A stretch of 64,000 nt of DNA, from the NCBI GenBank assembly GCA_964016885.1, contig OZ024743.1:194494001-194558000 (forward strand), given 5' to 3'. Shown piece by piece: positions 15,209 through 27,400 of the stretch. The number at the start of each line of letters is the position of its first letter. Within the stretch, counting starts at the first letter, position 1. Source of the DNA: Eledone cirrhosa. Its lineage: Eukaryota. The notes under the pieces were generated by a model. That model was not told the DNA's origin and did not search any database. It saw only the letters and a program-made list of their open reading frames with translations. A program made the translations under genes and the position numbers.

Positions 15209-18200
15209 ATGGATGTGTTAAGAGTAGGATGTTTGAATGTACGTGGCCTGGGCTCAACTTGGAAGCAAGTAAAGCTTCTAAATGACCTCAGGTCATGTGG
15301 TATAAATGTAATGGTTATCTGTGAGACTCGGATCAGCGTCGTGCGGCAGCTGGCCCCTACCTTCGATGACTTTGAGGTGCATGCATCTCTCTGTCAACCT
15401 GGAGGTGGGGGTGGGGTTGTCGTACTGCTGGAAAAACACCTGGGTCTTGCCGTACAAGTTGTGCACTCGGACCCGGAGGGTCGTTTGTTGGTGCTAGACG
15501 TTGGCAGTAGTGAAGGTGCGGCCTTGAGACTGGTCGCCGTCTACTCCCCTTTCGGAGCTCAACGGCCCGACTTCTTCCAGCGTTTGGAGACTTTTCTGGG
15601 AACGTCGCGTTCCCTGCTTCCAGCGGGAGATTGGAATGACATCCTAGATGCACGTTGGGACTTTGCAGGAATATGTCCTAATAGAGGGGAGTGTAACAGC
15701 CTCAAGGGGTTACTCGACCGTTTTAACTTGGTCGATAGATATCGACTAGATTTTCCAACTGTGCCAACCTGGACTTGGACGAACCATAGTGGTCAATCTA
15801 GATCGTACTTAGATAGATTCTTAGTTAGAAGTAAGGATAGGGACATATTGAGCAGTCAAGAAATGCTCACGGTTGGCTATACGGATCACAAATTAGTGAC
15901 CTGCGTAGTCAATCTCGAGAAAACACATAAACAGGTCCCGGTTACTGGAAACTTAATTTGTATTTACCGGCAAAAGAGACTTACAGAAACCGGATTAGCA
16001 GATTAGTTAAGGAGAGGTTGACGGGTGCAATCGTCAACAACCGATGGTGGGCATCTCTCAAAAGAGAGATTAGAACAGAATCAATAAGTTATAGCAAGAT
16101 GTTAGCTGCCGATAGGAATAGAAACGCGAAAGAATTAACAGGTAAATTAAAAGAGGCAATCAAGAGCGAAGATATGGCCAGAGTGCTGGCATCGAGGACG
16201 GCCTTGAACCAGGTTTTCGATGCAAAGCACGAAGGCTGCGTCATTCGAAGTAAAATACGTGCTCTAGGTAATGAGGGGACCAAAGCCGTTGGCTGGGCCC
16301 GCGTGATAGAAGCTAAGAGTGGAAATCGATCCACCATCCGGTCTTTGCAAACGAGGATGGACGGGTGATCCGGGAGCCTAAGCAGAGGTGCGAGGCCTTT
16401 CAAAGGCACTTTGCCCGATTATTCGGGGGAGGCGAGGGTCCGGGCGGGGACGTGGATTTCGGTCCATACCTCGACGGCCTGCCGCGTCTCTCGAGCGAAG
16501 AGGCAGAGTCCTGCGAGGGACCAATCTCGGCTGATGAGATCGGGGATGCGTTGAGCCAATGCAGCAGACGCAAATCTCCAGGTATCGATGGTATACCTTA
16601 CGAACTTTATTTAGCAATGCCGGTCTTCTTCTCCGAACTCCTCGAAGCGGTCTACTGTAATTGGCAGCAGAACGGGAGAATTCCTTGTTCTGTAGCCAAG
16701 GGCGTAGTCTAGCTGGTGAGGAAGGACGAGAACAAGGGGGATAGTATAAATAATGTTCGGCCCATAACCCTGCTAAACACAGAGTTAAAGATTTTGACCA
16801 AGGTGTTAGCAAAGAGGTTGGCGCTTGTCGTGGGTGGCCTGGTGGGAGATGCGCAGACATGTGCTATCCCATCCAGGTCCATTCACGATAACCTCCACCT
16901 CATGCGATACATCATAGAGAGGGTTGGCAACAAACCCGGCTTCGGTGGGGCCCTGATCAACTTGGATCAGTCTAAGGCCTTCGATAGGGTCGACCATGGT
17001 TACCTGGATGCGGTGCTAGCAGCGGCTGGGTTCGGTCCTGTTTTCAGAGGCTGGATCACTGCCTTACATAGCAACCAGATCTGTTCTAGGATCAAGGTGA
17101 ACGGCTACCTTTCGAAGCCGTTCGAAATCACACGATCCATTCGACAGGGGTGCCCTCTCTCCTCCCTTCTGTACGTATTGACTCTCGAGCCTTTACTGAG
17201 GAAGTTGGAGTTGTTGCAGGGTATCCCCCTGGAACCAGGATTGAGCAAAGCCGTGTGGGCCTACGCCGATGACGTAACAGTAATGGTATCGACCGACTCG
17301 GAGATCGAGGCGATCGGTACCTTACTGGAGGATTATGAAAGGTTGTCAGGAGCGAAACTGAACCGGAAAAAATCCATCGGGCTGCAACTCGGAACGTAGA
17401 GAGGCAGACCAATGCCTCCCGACGGTGTTGTCGGACACTGGACGGAGGGCCCGGTGAAGTTGCTTGGGGTGTGGTTTGGACCGGACCTCCAGGTGGAAAA
17501 GAACTGGCACGAGGTTACGAACAAGGTGTTTGCACTAACCCAGAAATGGGCGAAGTGTAAGCTGTCCCTAAAAGGTCGGGCGGAGGTGGCGAACATTTAC
17601 ATAGCGTCCGTCACTTACTACCGCCTGACTGTCGTGCCTTGCCCTAAGGAAACACTCACCACCATGGAACGCATGCTCTTCCAATTTCTTTGGAAGAAGC
17701 ACCCTCCTATGGTGAGAAGATCCATCTGCTGCCAACAACCTTCGAAAGGAGGGCTGGGGATGCCTTGGTTGATGATGCGTAGGCACGCATTAAGGCTACG
17801 GCACCTACAGGTATTCCTCACTGGTCAACCGGTGTTGGCTCCGTTCGTGAAACGAGCCTTTCCGAGACTCGTCTCGCTCACCCAGCGAGGTCAAGCAAAG
17901 ATCCGGAAAACTGGGAGACTGGCACATTGAGTGTGCCCATGCGCTCAGGGCTCTCTGGCAAGCGGGCCAGGCCATCGGTGGAGAATCCACCTCATCATTC
18001 TATAGAGGGCTGGTGGCTAGCAGGGGCGATGACACCCTTGGAGAGTCGCTGGACATGGAAGAGGACGAACTGGCCAGCCTGTTCGGTAGGACTTTCGGCC
18101 TGGGACCAATGGACAACTTCCAGAAGTCACTAGCCTGGCAGTGCTACCGGGGGGCTCTACCCGTTCGAGAGAGGCTCTACAGACACGGGCGCCCGGGCAG

Positions 18201-18636
18201 GGATCCCTCTAAAAAGATTTGCCCTAGATGCGTGCGTCACGAAGAAACCGTTGCGCACGCATTGGTGCAATGTCCGGCCGTGGCTGATCTGTGGGGCTAC
18301 GCCGAACGACTGCTATCGCGGGTGGCGCCGATTCAATTGACCGCCGAGTCCGTGATGACAATCAAGCTGCCTCCCCTCTTCACAAAGGAAGCAAAGGCGG
18401 TTTTTCTGTGCGTAATAGCCATGTTGAAAGAGGTTATTTGGTGGACACGATTGAAAGGTCTGAGGTCAGGCAACTTCCTCTCTGGCCATAGTCTGGTCTA
18501 CTTCTTCCGATATCACTTCGGAAGAAGGATAAGAATGGAGAGAGAGGTGCTTGGTCACAGGCAGTTTTATGAAAGGTGGGTGATAGTGGCGAGAATGGCT
18601 CGTGTAAATGGGCCTTCTCTGTATACCACCCTGTAG
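15209..18636 (+). pseudogene. Tx1/L1 ORF2: AP endonuclease, reverse transcriptase, C-terminal zinc finger
   Basis: LNVRGL, ICETR, AGDWN, SYLDRF, TDHKLV (APE); KSPGIDG, RPITLLN, LDQSKAFDRVDH, RQGCPLS, YADD (RT); CPRC-x8-H-x4-C. Several stops and frameshifts. Confidence 0.95.
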
Positions 18637-18883
18637 GTAAAGAAGTGAAGGAGAGGGGAACACCTTCTCCATGTGCTCCCCGGGCAAAGGATTGCACACT
18701 TTTTCGGGTGTGTGTGCAACCCCCATCACGTCCCCTCCCTTTTGAGGTTGTTTTCGATTTTTTTCATTTTATACCCTTTTTACTCGATTTTATGTAAACT
18801 CCCCGTTTGTATTTGTCCCTTCTTTTTATGCCTTCATGGTAAATAAAGAAATATATCTATTTATCTATCTGTCTCTATCTATC

Positions 18884-18924
<41 letters not shown>

Positions 18925-18925
18925 T

Positions 18926-19050
18926 TAGACTATTAATTTTTTAAATTGCATTTGTGATAACATTTTACACGTTTTTATTGTATGTAAACTTCCCCCTTTG
19001 TATTTGTCCCCTTCTTTTGTGCCCCTGTGGCTAATAAAGAAACATATCTA
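18926..19050 (+). mobile_element. Isolated 3'-end fragment of the same Tx1/L1 family
   Basis: tatgtaaacttccccctttgtatttgtccccttcttttgtgcccctgtggctaataaagaa matches the 3' ends at 18791-18850 and 21427-21487. Confidence 0.85.
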
Positions 19051-19054
19051 TTTA

Positions 19055-21490
19055 GACTATTAGACTCGATAGGTTTTAATAAAGAATTAATGTTAGATAA
19101 AAATAAGACCGAAAAGGAATTGGTAGATAAAGTAGAAGAGTCACTTAGGAGTGGCAACGTAGCCAGCGTGCTAGCGACGAGAACGGCCTTGGACCAGTTC
19201 TTCGACGCAAAGCATGAAGGTTGCGTTGTCAGAAGCAAAATACGTGCTCTGGCAAACGAGGGAGCCAAAGCTGTTAGCTGGGCCCGAGTGACGGAGGCGA
19301 AAAGTGGCAACAAGTCCACGATTCGGTCTTTGAAGGACCAAGACGGACGCCTGATACGTGAGCCGAAGCAAATGTGCGCGGCCTTTCAGCGGCACTTTGC
19401 TCAATTGTTCGGGCAGGGCGGGCGACGGGAAGGGCTATGGATTTCGGTTCATACCTCGACGGCCTACCGCGACTCTCGGACAGCGAGGCAAGTTCTGCGA
19501 AAGGCCGATTTCGGCCGCTGAGATAGAGGACGCGCTGAGCCAATGCGGCAAACGCAAATCTCCAGGTCTCGACGGTCTACCCTACGAATTTTACGTAGCA
19601 ATGCCGGACTTGTTCTCCGGTCGCCTGGAAGCGGTCTACTGCAACTGGCAGCAGAACGGGAGAATTCCCAATCTGCGACCAAGGGCGTAATCACGTTAGT
19701 CAGGAAGGACGAGAACAAGGGGATGACATAGGCAACTTCCGGCCCATAACTCTGCTCAACACAAAGTTACAGATGCTGGCCAAGGTATTGGCAAAGAGGC
19801 TGGCGCTTGTCGAAAACCTGGTGGGAGAAGCGCAGTCATGCGCAATCCCGACCAGGTCCATACACGACAACCTGCACCTCATGCGATACATCATAGAGAG
19901 GGTAGTGTGTAAACTCGGCTTCGGTGGTGCCCTGATCAACTTGGATCAGTCTAAGGCTTTCGATAGGGTTGACCATCGTTACCTGGATGCGGTGCTCGAG
20001 GCGGCAGGCTTCGGTCTCTTGTTCAGGGGCTGGATTGCTGCAATGTACAACAGCAACAACTGCTCAAGGTTCAAGGTGAACGGCTACCTCTCGGAGCTGT
20101 TCCATATCACGCTATCCCTCCGACAGGGATGCCCTCTCTCCTCCCTTCTGTACGTACTGACTCTCGAGCCATTACTGCAGAAGTTGGAGCTATTGCAGGG
20201 AATCCCTTTGGAACCGGGACTGCGAAAAGCGGCGTCGGCCTACGCCGACGACATGACAGTAATGGTGTCGAGCACCTCGCAAATCGTGGAGATCGGCACT
20301 TTACTGGAAGAATACGAAAGGTTCAGAGGAGCGAAGCTGAACCGGGACAAATCCGTCGGTTTGCAACTCGGAACGTGGAGAGGCAAACCGATGCCTTCCG
20401 ATGACGTCTTCGGACGCTGGACGGAAGGACCGGTAAAAGCTGCTCGGGGTCTGGTTTGTTCCTGACCTCCAGGTGGAGAAGAACTGGAACGAGGTGACGG
20501 CCAAGGTGTTTGCGCTCACTCAGACCGAGGAAAATGGGCGACTGGCATACCGAATGTGCTCAAGCGCTCACAGTCCTCTGGCAAACGGACACGGCGATCA
20601 GTGGAGACTCCACTGCTACATTTTATAGAGGGTTGGTCCGCGGCAGGTGCGACGACACGCTCGGAGAAACTCTAGGCGTAGAGGAGGACGAACTGGCCAG
20701 TCTGTTCGGTAGGACCTTCCGCCCGGGACCAATGAACAACTTCCAAAAGTCCCTGGCCTGGCATTGCTACCGAGGAGCTCTACCAGTTCGAGACAAGCTC
20801 TACAGACACGGGCGCCCGGGTAGGGACCCTTCGAAAAAGGTCTGTCCGAGATGCGTGCGCGACGAGGAAACCGTCGCACACGCATTTTACACTGCCCGGG
20901 TGTTACCGACCTGTGGGGCTATGTAGAACGACTATTGTCGCGGGTGGGACCAATCCAGTTGACCACCGAGTCCATTGTCATGATCAAACCGCCACCTTCC
21001 TTCAAAAACGAGGGAGAGGCGGTTTTCCTATGTGTTATGGCTATGTTGAAAGAGGTTATATGGTAGACGAGGTTAAAAGGGCTGAGGTCAGACACCTTTC
21101 TCTCCGGCGAGCAACTGATTCGTTTTTTCAAATATCATTTTGGAATAAGAATCAGGATGAAGAGGGAGGTGCTGTACCCCAGCAAATTTTATAAAAGGTG
21201 GGTGAAAGTGGCGAGAATGGCCCGAGTGAATGGGCCTTCTCTCTATATAAGCCTGTAGGTTGAGGAAAAAGAGGAAGAGAGGAAGGTAGTACTCACTCTT
21301 GGTGCTCCTGGAGATGAGGGCTGTACATTTTTTCGGGGTGTGTAAAACCCCTGTGTAACACCTCCCTCCTATTGGGGATTTCAATTGTTATGTGTTGTTT
21401 TATTAATAGTTATTTTCATATACCTGTATGTAAACTCCGCATTTTTATTTGTCCCATTCTTTTGTGCCCTTGTGGCTAATAAAGAAATTT
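19055..21490 (+). mobile_element. 5'-truncated Tx1/L1 copy (diverged subfamily) with internal deletion
   Basis: Homologous to 16070-18850 (FDAKHEGCVVRSKIRAL, LDQSKAFDRVDH, YADD, CPRC). Lacks ~360 bp at ~20524; ends AATAAA then (CTAT)n. Confidence 0.92.
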
Positions 21491-21534
21491 ATCTATCTAT
21501 CTATTTATCTATCTGTCTCTATCTATCTATCTCT

Positions 21535-21639
<105 letters not shown>

Positions 21640-21646
21640 TATATAA

Positions 21647-22285
21647 ATTCAGCGGGTAGAAAAAGCGAAACACAACGCGAATTCAGAGTCATGCTGGCAA
21701 GCGCTCCAATGCCTAAAACACCAGAGCTATAAATATAGGTTATAAACGCCATACAAACTGAGAAGGCGATCAAGAAGGCATTAACCACCTAAGCCAAAAA
21801 AAAACAGTCAGGCTAAACAAGTCAGACAAAATAAAATATTACTTATACACATATATATAACTAACCTGGACCCAATGGAATTGATGGTAAAATCCAATAA
21901 CAGGGTTTCTGTGACACCCAAATCAATAATACTGTCTGCTTAAAACCATAAGCTTTTGGTATAACGATCGAACGAGGAATATCACGTTATCAACAGGTAT
22001 TTTGTTCTGCGCCAGTATTGTGGGTGATGTAGTGTTTTGTAAAAGCGCATGTGTGACTCACAAGGGAAAACAATTTGGCAAATGAATTCAGTATGTGTAC
22101 GTCATGCCAAAAATTGTATAAATAGCACAAATGGAATAAGCACTCAACCGGGTAGTTTTCATAATAAACTTATGCAATTAATAGAATTATTAACAGGTTA
22201 ATTGTAAGACTCGGGTGATTAATACAAATATAAATTCACCGAGAATCGCATTTCGGCGGGTAGAAAAAGCGAAACGCGACGCGTT
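21647..22285 (-). mobile_element. ~600-bp non-coding unit with ~30-bp terminal direct repeat in (TA)n (solo pLTR/retrozyme-like)
   Basis: gcgggtagaaaaagcgaaac.c.acgcg at ~21652 and ~22256; both flanks are (TA)n; contains a hammerhead. Confidence 0.65.
21864..21998 (-). ncRNA. Type I hammerhead, U3-A8 variant core with extended stems II and III
   Basis: acctg-TTGATAA-c-gtgatattc...gggtgtcac-a-GAAA-ccc...gg-GTC^caggt: 5-bp stem I, ~9-bp stem II, 4-bp stem III, GUC site. Confidence 0.7.
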
Positions 22286-22296
22286 ATATATATATG

Positions 22297-22394
<98 letters not shown>

Positions 22395-22431
22395 AAATAG
22401 GATTTTACTTCAAGCATAACTTTATACAATA

Positions 22432-23915
22432 CTAGCAGTAAAGCCAGGCGTTGCTCGGGGTCGCTCAGTAGCTGTGTTAAAGTTACAATGTTAAGTTTCT
22501 TTTTTGGCTTAAAAACTGTAGTGTCTACTGTGCAGACTTGCATGTGGTGTTTTTGATTAATATTCCCTCAACCAACAATATGCCTTATGAAGTTAAGAAA
22601 ACATAACGATAACCCGAATGTTATAACAAAAGAGGATGCTGGGGATAAAAACTGCACTGGTTATTTATTAACAAAGATCGAAAATGTAAACACTGCAACG
22701 CAGATAAAAACATTAGCGTAACCAAATTATCAGTTATGTCTGTCTGCACGCCTATATCACCTCTCTGCACGACTGTCTGTCTGCACGCCTATATCACCTC
22801 TCTGCACGACTGTCTGTCTGCACGCCTATATCACCTCTCTGCACGACTGTCTGTCTGCACGACTGTCTGTCTGCACGCCTAACGACGAAATATTTGCTTG
22901 TTTTACGTAGTCTTTAAATAGACTTGTTTTCAAGTAAAAATATTGTTTTAAAATGCTTTTAAATGGAAATGAAGCAAAACGGAAGCTTAGTGTTGGAACT
23001 GATGAATTTTGCAGGTCAATATTTTGCTGGCTCGACGACAACTGTTCGTGTATTGTGTTAATGTCATTTTAAACGCTGAGAAAGCCAGCGTAATTTTTTA
23101 CGTAAGACGCTCAATGTAAACAGAACAAAGGGAAATAACTGATAACTTACGCTCAAAAATCGATACATTATATTCGATTTCGTCACATAGGGTGGGTTAA
23201 TTTGAAATTTTTTTTTTCCGATGTCTTCGCTAGGGCTCAATGTACAAGTATAGCAATTTCGGTGCAATTCCGTGAGAGATTCTAAGAGGAGATGTGTGCC
23301 AAAAATCGATAGACAGACAGAAAACCACAGTTTTATATATATAGAAGATTGCTCGGGGTCGCTCAGTAGCTGTGTTAAAGTTACAATGTTAAGTTTCTTT
23401 TTTGGCTTAAAGTCTGTCTGCACGCCTAACGACATTTACAGATACATATATTTTAAATAAACTTATATAATTTTTGCTTTTTTTTACGAAATATTTGCTT
23501 GTTTTACGTAGTCTTTAAATAGACTTGTTTTCAAGTAAAAATATTGTTTTAAAAGGCTTTTAAATGAAAATGAAGCAAAACGGAAGCTTAGTGTTCGAAC
23601 TGATGAATTTTGCAGTGTGTTAATGTCATTTTAAACGCTGAGAAAGCCAGCGTAATTTTTTTAATTTTTGCACGCAGACGCTCAATGTAAACAGAACAAA
23701 GGGAAATAACTGATCACTTACGCTCAAAAATCGATACATTATATTCGATTTCGTCAGATAGGGCGGGTCAATTTGAAATATTTTTTTCCGATGTCTTCGC
23801 TAGGGCTCAATGTACAAGTATAGCAATTTCGGTGCAATTCCGTGAGAGATTCTAAGAGGAGATGTGTGCCAAAAATCGATAGACAGACAGACAACCACAG
23901 TTTTATATATATAGA
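22432..23915 (-). mobile_element. Non-autonomous Helitron, two head-to-tail units
   Basis: Minus strand starts TCtatatatatataaaa, ends with hairpin cccgagcaacgcctgg then CTAG, and sits between A and T with no TSD. The joined flanks (tttatacaata|tgtataaatatttcg) match the uninterrupted paralog at ~24224-24250. Confidence 0.88.
22737..22880. repeat. 37-bp minisatellite inside the Helitron (3 copies plus partials)
   Basis: tgtctgtctgcacgcctatatcacctctctgcacgac repeated. Confidence 0.9.
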
Positions 23916-24023
23916 TGTATAAATATTTCGTATCTCCAATACGGTTTTAGGAAGCCGTAGCTATGCAAACACCAGTGGGGCTAACACCCTCTGGTGATGT
24001 CCAGCAGAAGCAAAGGGGACAAC

Positions 24024-24063
24024 CGTCTATGCATTTCAGGCTTAACTAGCCTTCGTCAGGACG
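24024..24063 (-). ncRNA. Minimal type I hammerhead
   Basis: cgtc-CTGACGA-aggct(agtta)agcct-GAAA-tgc-ATA^gacg; palindromic stem III ATGCAT. Confidence 0.85.
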
Positions 24064-24346
24064 TTCCCTCCCAACGCTTGCGACTGCTGGACTAGAAGAC
24101 AGGCGAGAATGTACACGTTTCTCGTCTGTGTAAATGAGATGATTAATCTCATTTGCATATGAAGCTGCATAAGTTGGCTCAATATATAATGAAAAAGAAA
24201 TAGGATTTCGCTTCAAGTATAGCTTTATACAATATGTATAAATATTTCGTATCTCCAAAGAAATACGGTTTTAGGAAGCCGTTGCTATTCAAACACAGGG
24301 GGGCTAACGCCCTTTGGTGATGTCCAGCAGAAGCAAGGGGGACAAC

Positions 24347-24386
24347 GGTCTATGCATTTCAGGCTTAACTAGCCTTCGTCAGGACG
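24347..24386 (-). ncRNA. Minimal type I hammerhead (tandem partner)
   Basis: Same core and stems II and III as 24024-24063; stem I gtc/gac then a mismatch. Confidence 0.8.
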
Positions 24387-24481
24387 GTCCCTTCCACCGC
24401 TTGCGACTGCTGGACTAGAAGACTAGCCCCTAGTGTTTGCATAGCTACGGCTTCCTAAAACCGTATTTCTTTGGAGATACG

Positions 24482-24512
<31 letters not shown>

Positions 24513-24517
<5 letters not shown>

Positions 24518-25080
24518 TAATAAATGAACAGAAAAAAAAACAGAGAGGCAGTACAAATGATATGGTTTTTTGTTTCACGCTTGGGAGTGGGGGTGGGGGA
24601 CAACGTTTCGGGGGCATAAGCCCTTCATCAGGAGAACAATGGGTAGGAATAGGGTTCCAAGGTTGTGGGGGGAGTGGTGGAAATACATTAAAACACGGGG
24701 GGGGGGGGGCAGTTTTTTGGGAAAAAATTAAACACGGAAAGAAAAGGTATTGTGGGAGAGGTTGGGGAAAGAAGTTAAGAGGTTGGTCAGGGCAGATTAA
24801 ATCGGGGATGAGCCGGTGGTCAAGCTGGTACTCCAAGGATGTGTGGAAGCCGTGTAAGCGTGTATAGTATAGTTTAATAAATGAACAGAGAACAAAAAAC
24901 AGAGAGGCAGTACAAATGATATGGATTTTAGTTTCACGCTTGACAGTGGGGGGTGGGGGGACGACGTTCCCGGCATAAGCCCTTCATCGGGAGAACAATA
25001 GGTAGGAAGAGAGTTCCGAGGGTGTGTGGGGGAGTGGTGGAAAGACATTTAAAAAAACGTGGGGCGGAGAAAAGGGAGAA
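24513..25080 (-). mobile_element. ~357-bp tandem repeat with hammerhead-like core, in (TA)n
   Basis: tagtttaataaatgaacaga at ~24513 and ~24870. Minus strand CTGATGA-agggc(ttat)gcccccGAAAcgttg at ~24601-24631; second copy has a mutated core and stem I is unclear. Confidence 0.65.
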
Positions 25081-25149
25081 AATATATATATATAATACAG
25101 ACTAACTTTCAATATCTTTTCGTTTTTACTCCAGCTATTTTTCAGCAAA

Positions 25150-26000
25150 AATATTCATACGAGAATTATCTCGTTATTTCTCATGTTCTTCCGATGGCAA
25201 TTCCTTATAACCTAGCCAGAATGATCTGAACAATAGTTTCAAATAAATACACATGCTACACACGACTAGAAGAATTAAAAAACACACTTATCAGCAGAAA
25301 CTACCCACCATCCCTAATCAACAATGGATTCCAACGTGCCCTAAAACTCGACATCCAGGAACTCAGACACCCTAAACCCAGGAATGAACCGCAACAGAAA
25401 ACTCCACTATACATCTCCACACACAACCCCCTCAATAATGAGGTATTCGACACCAACCTCCAGAACATTCCTTTACTAAAAAGAGACCAAAGTATGAACA
25501 ACATCATAAAGTGCAAAAGACAATCTAAATCCATAAAAAACATCCTCACACAAGCCAAAATCCAACAAACCCTCACAATGAACCCTACAGTAACAAAATA
25601 CGGAAGGCCAACTGTGGCATATGCATACATCTAATAGAAGGTTCAACATTCCATTTTAAACAAGGACAACATTTCACAGTTAAACACAACTTTACATGTG
25701 CATCTGAAAACCTAATCTATGTTTTGACCTGCTCAGGTTGTCAAGAACACTACATAGGACAGACAAAAAACAGCCTCCGACAACGTATGGTTGTCCAAAA
25801 ATCACAAATCAAAATAGAGGAATACAGAAAGATTGCATTTAGTTAACATATCGCCAATTGTGCACCCAACCAACATCCAAACTTTAAAATTTTCCCCATT
25901 TACAAATTCATAGACAACGCTACTTTCATCCATCGTACCAATCAGGAAACGTATTTCATTAACAAATTCCAACCTCTACTTAATGCACTAAACTTCGGAC
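25150..26000 (+). pseudogene. 5'-truncated Penelope-like element (RT thumb, Cys linker, GIY-YIG; Neptune-like)
   Basis: IPYNLARMI, RLEELKNTLISRNYP, CGICIH, FTCASENLIYVLTCSGCQEHYIGQT..LRQR and ETYFINKFQPLLN, with stops and frameshifts. Confidence 0.85.
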
Positions 26001-26416
26001 TAAACTAAAACTGGAACGAACAATCAAACATTTACAAATACCTATGTCTCCCTAAAGAGTCACCTCCCTCACACCTTACCTATTCCTTCTTCTTAAATAA
26101 ATTAAATATCATCCAGCATGAATTACCTCCCCCTGCATATTAACTCTCTAAAAAGGGAAATCATATCAAACCCCAGTCCACCATTTGCCTCCATCATGGA
26201 TCAACTAAGCACTCTTGCTATATTAACACATTTTGATCTGCTTATCTTCAAGAACTATGATTGCAAATAATTGACTTATTATGCTCCACATTACGCCCCT
26301 TTTTTTCTTTATTCTTTTTTCTTTTCACTTCATAAACCTTGTTTGTAAATAACATTATTCTTTCTGCACCATTTTTTTAACATGTCCAACACCACCATTC
26401 TACACCAATACATATT

Positions 26417-26464
26417 ATTATCATTCGATAATGCATAAAAATGCTGAAACCGGTAATAGACAAT
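26417..26464 (+). ncRNA. Variant hammerhead in the 3' tail of the Penelope fragment
   Basis: TCGATAA-t-gcat(aaaa)atgc-t-GAAA-ccg-GTA; palindromic stem III ACCGGT; imperfect stem I. Confidence 0.55.
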
Positions 26465-26716
26465 TATTAAATATATAAATAAATAAATAAATGCCATTGT
26501 TAATTAATAAATAAATCAACTAATACCTTAACACTTCACACAAAGTAAAACAGTTCGTTTTAATCATTTTCTAACCCAGAAAAAAGAGAGAAATAGATAA
26601 AAAAGGAAACATATATATTTTTCTTCCTAATAATCGTCTTTTCTCCTTGTTGTTATATATATATATATATCCTAACTCGTGTGCTTCCTCACCACATTTT
26701 ATTATTATTATTATTA

Positions 26717-26772
<56 letters not shown>

Positions 26773-26800
26773 ATCAAAAGATGGTTAAAAGAGTTCCATG

Positions 26801-26871
26801 TATTTTATTATGCGCATTTCAAAAACAAATATCATCATGCAATAATATTTGTGTTTTCATCAGATAAAATA
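26801..26871 (-). ncRNA. Minimal type I hammerhead (family A)
   Basis: tattttat-CTGATGA-long stem II-GAAA-tgcgc-ATA^ataaaata; perfect 8-bp stem I, palindromic stem III ATGCGCAT. Confidence 0.85.
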
Positions 26872-27007
26872 GGAAGACATGATATGAAGGTTAAAAAACA
26901 CTTGTGGATAGTGCAGTTTTAAATCAACATACTCCAGTCTTACAAACTGTAGAGTGGTTCTTATCCGATATCTGCATTGCTTTATTGTACTACAATAAAA
27001 CTCACCT

Positions 27008-27142
<135 letters not shown>

Positions 27143-27298
27143 ATATATATTTATAAGGAAAAAAGATGAAATCGAAAATGCGACTGGAGTCTTTTTTACA
27201 TATTTATTTGGTTCTTTTACCGGTTTCGCAGTTCTTGTGCCTTTCAAAAGTATAATTGAGATGAAGGGTTTGTGGTTTTTACACATATATATATATAA

Positions 27299-27400
<102 letters not shown>

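Larger units (their letters stand above)
13079..18850 (+). mobile_element. Near full-length Tx1/L1-clade non-LTR retrotransposon, inactivated
   Basis: 5' UTR, ORF1, ORF2 (APE-RT-CCHC) and 3' UTR with AATAAA at 18842; bounded on both sides by (CTAT)n. Confidence 0.92.
23916..24488 (-). mobile_element. 323-bp tandem hammerhead-bearing repeat with inverted terminal segment (retrozyme/pLTR-like)
   Basis: Units offset by 323 bp; 24424-24488 is an inverted copy of the unit start; a further partial unit at 22394-22431 is split off by the Helitron. Confidence 0.8.

Noticed and set aside
22737-22880. 37-bp repeats as a CRISPR array
   Set aside because: Contiguous with no spacers; eukaryotic Helitron context and no cas genes.
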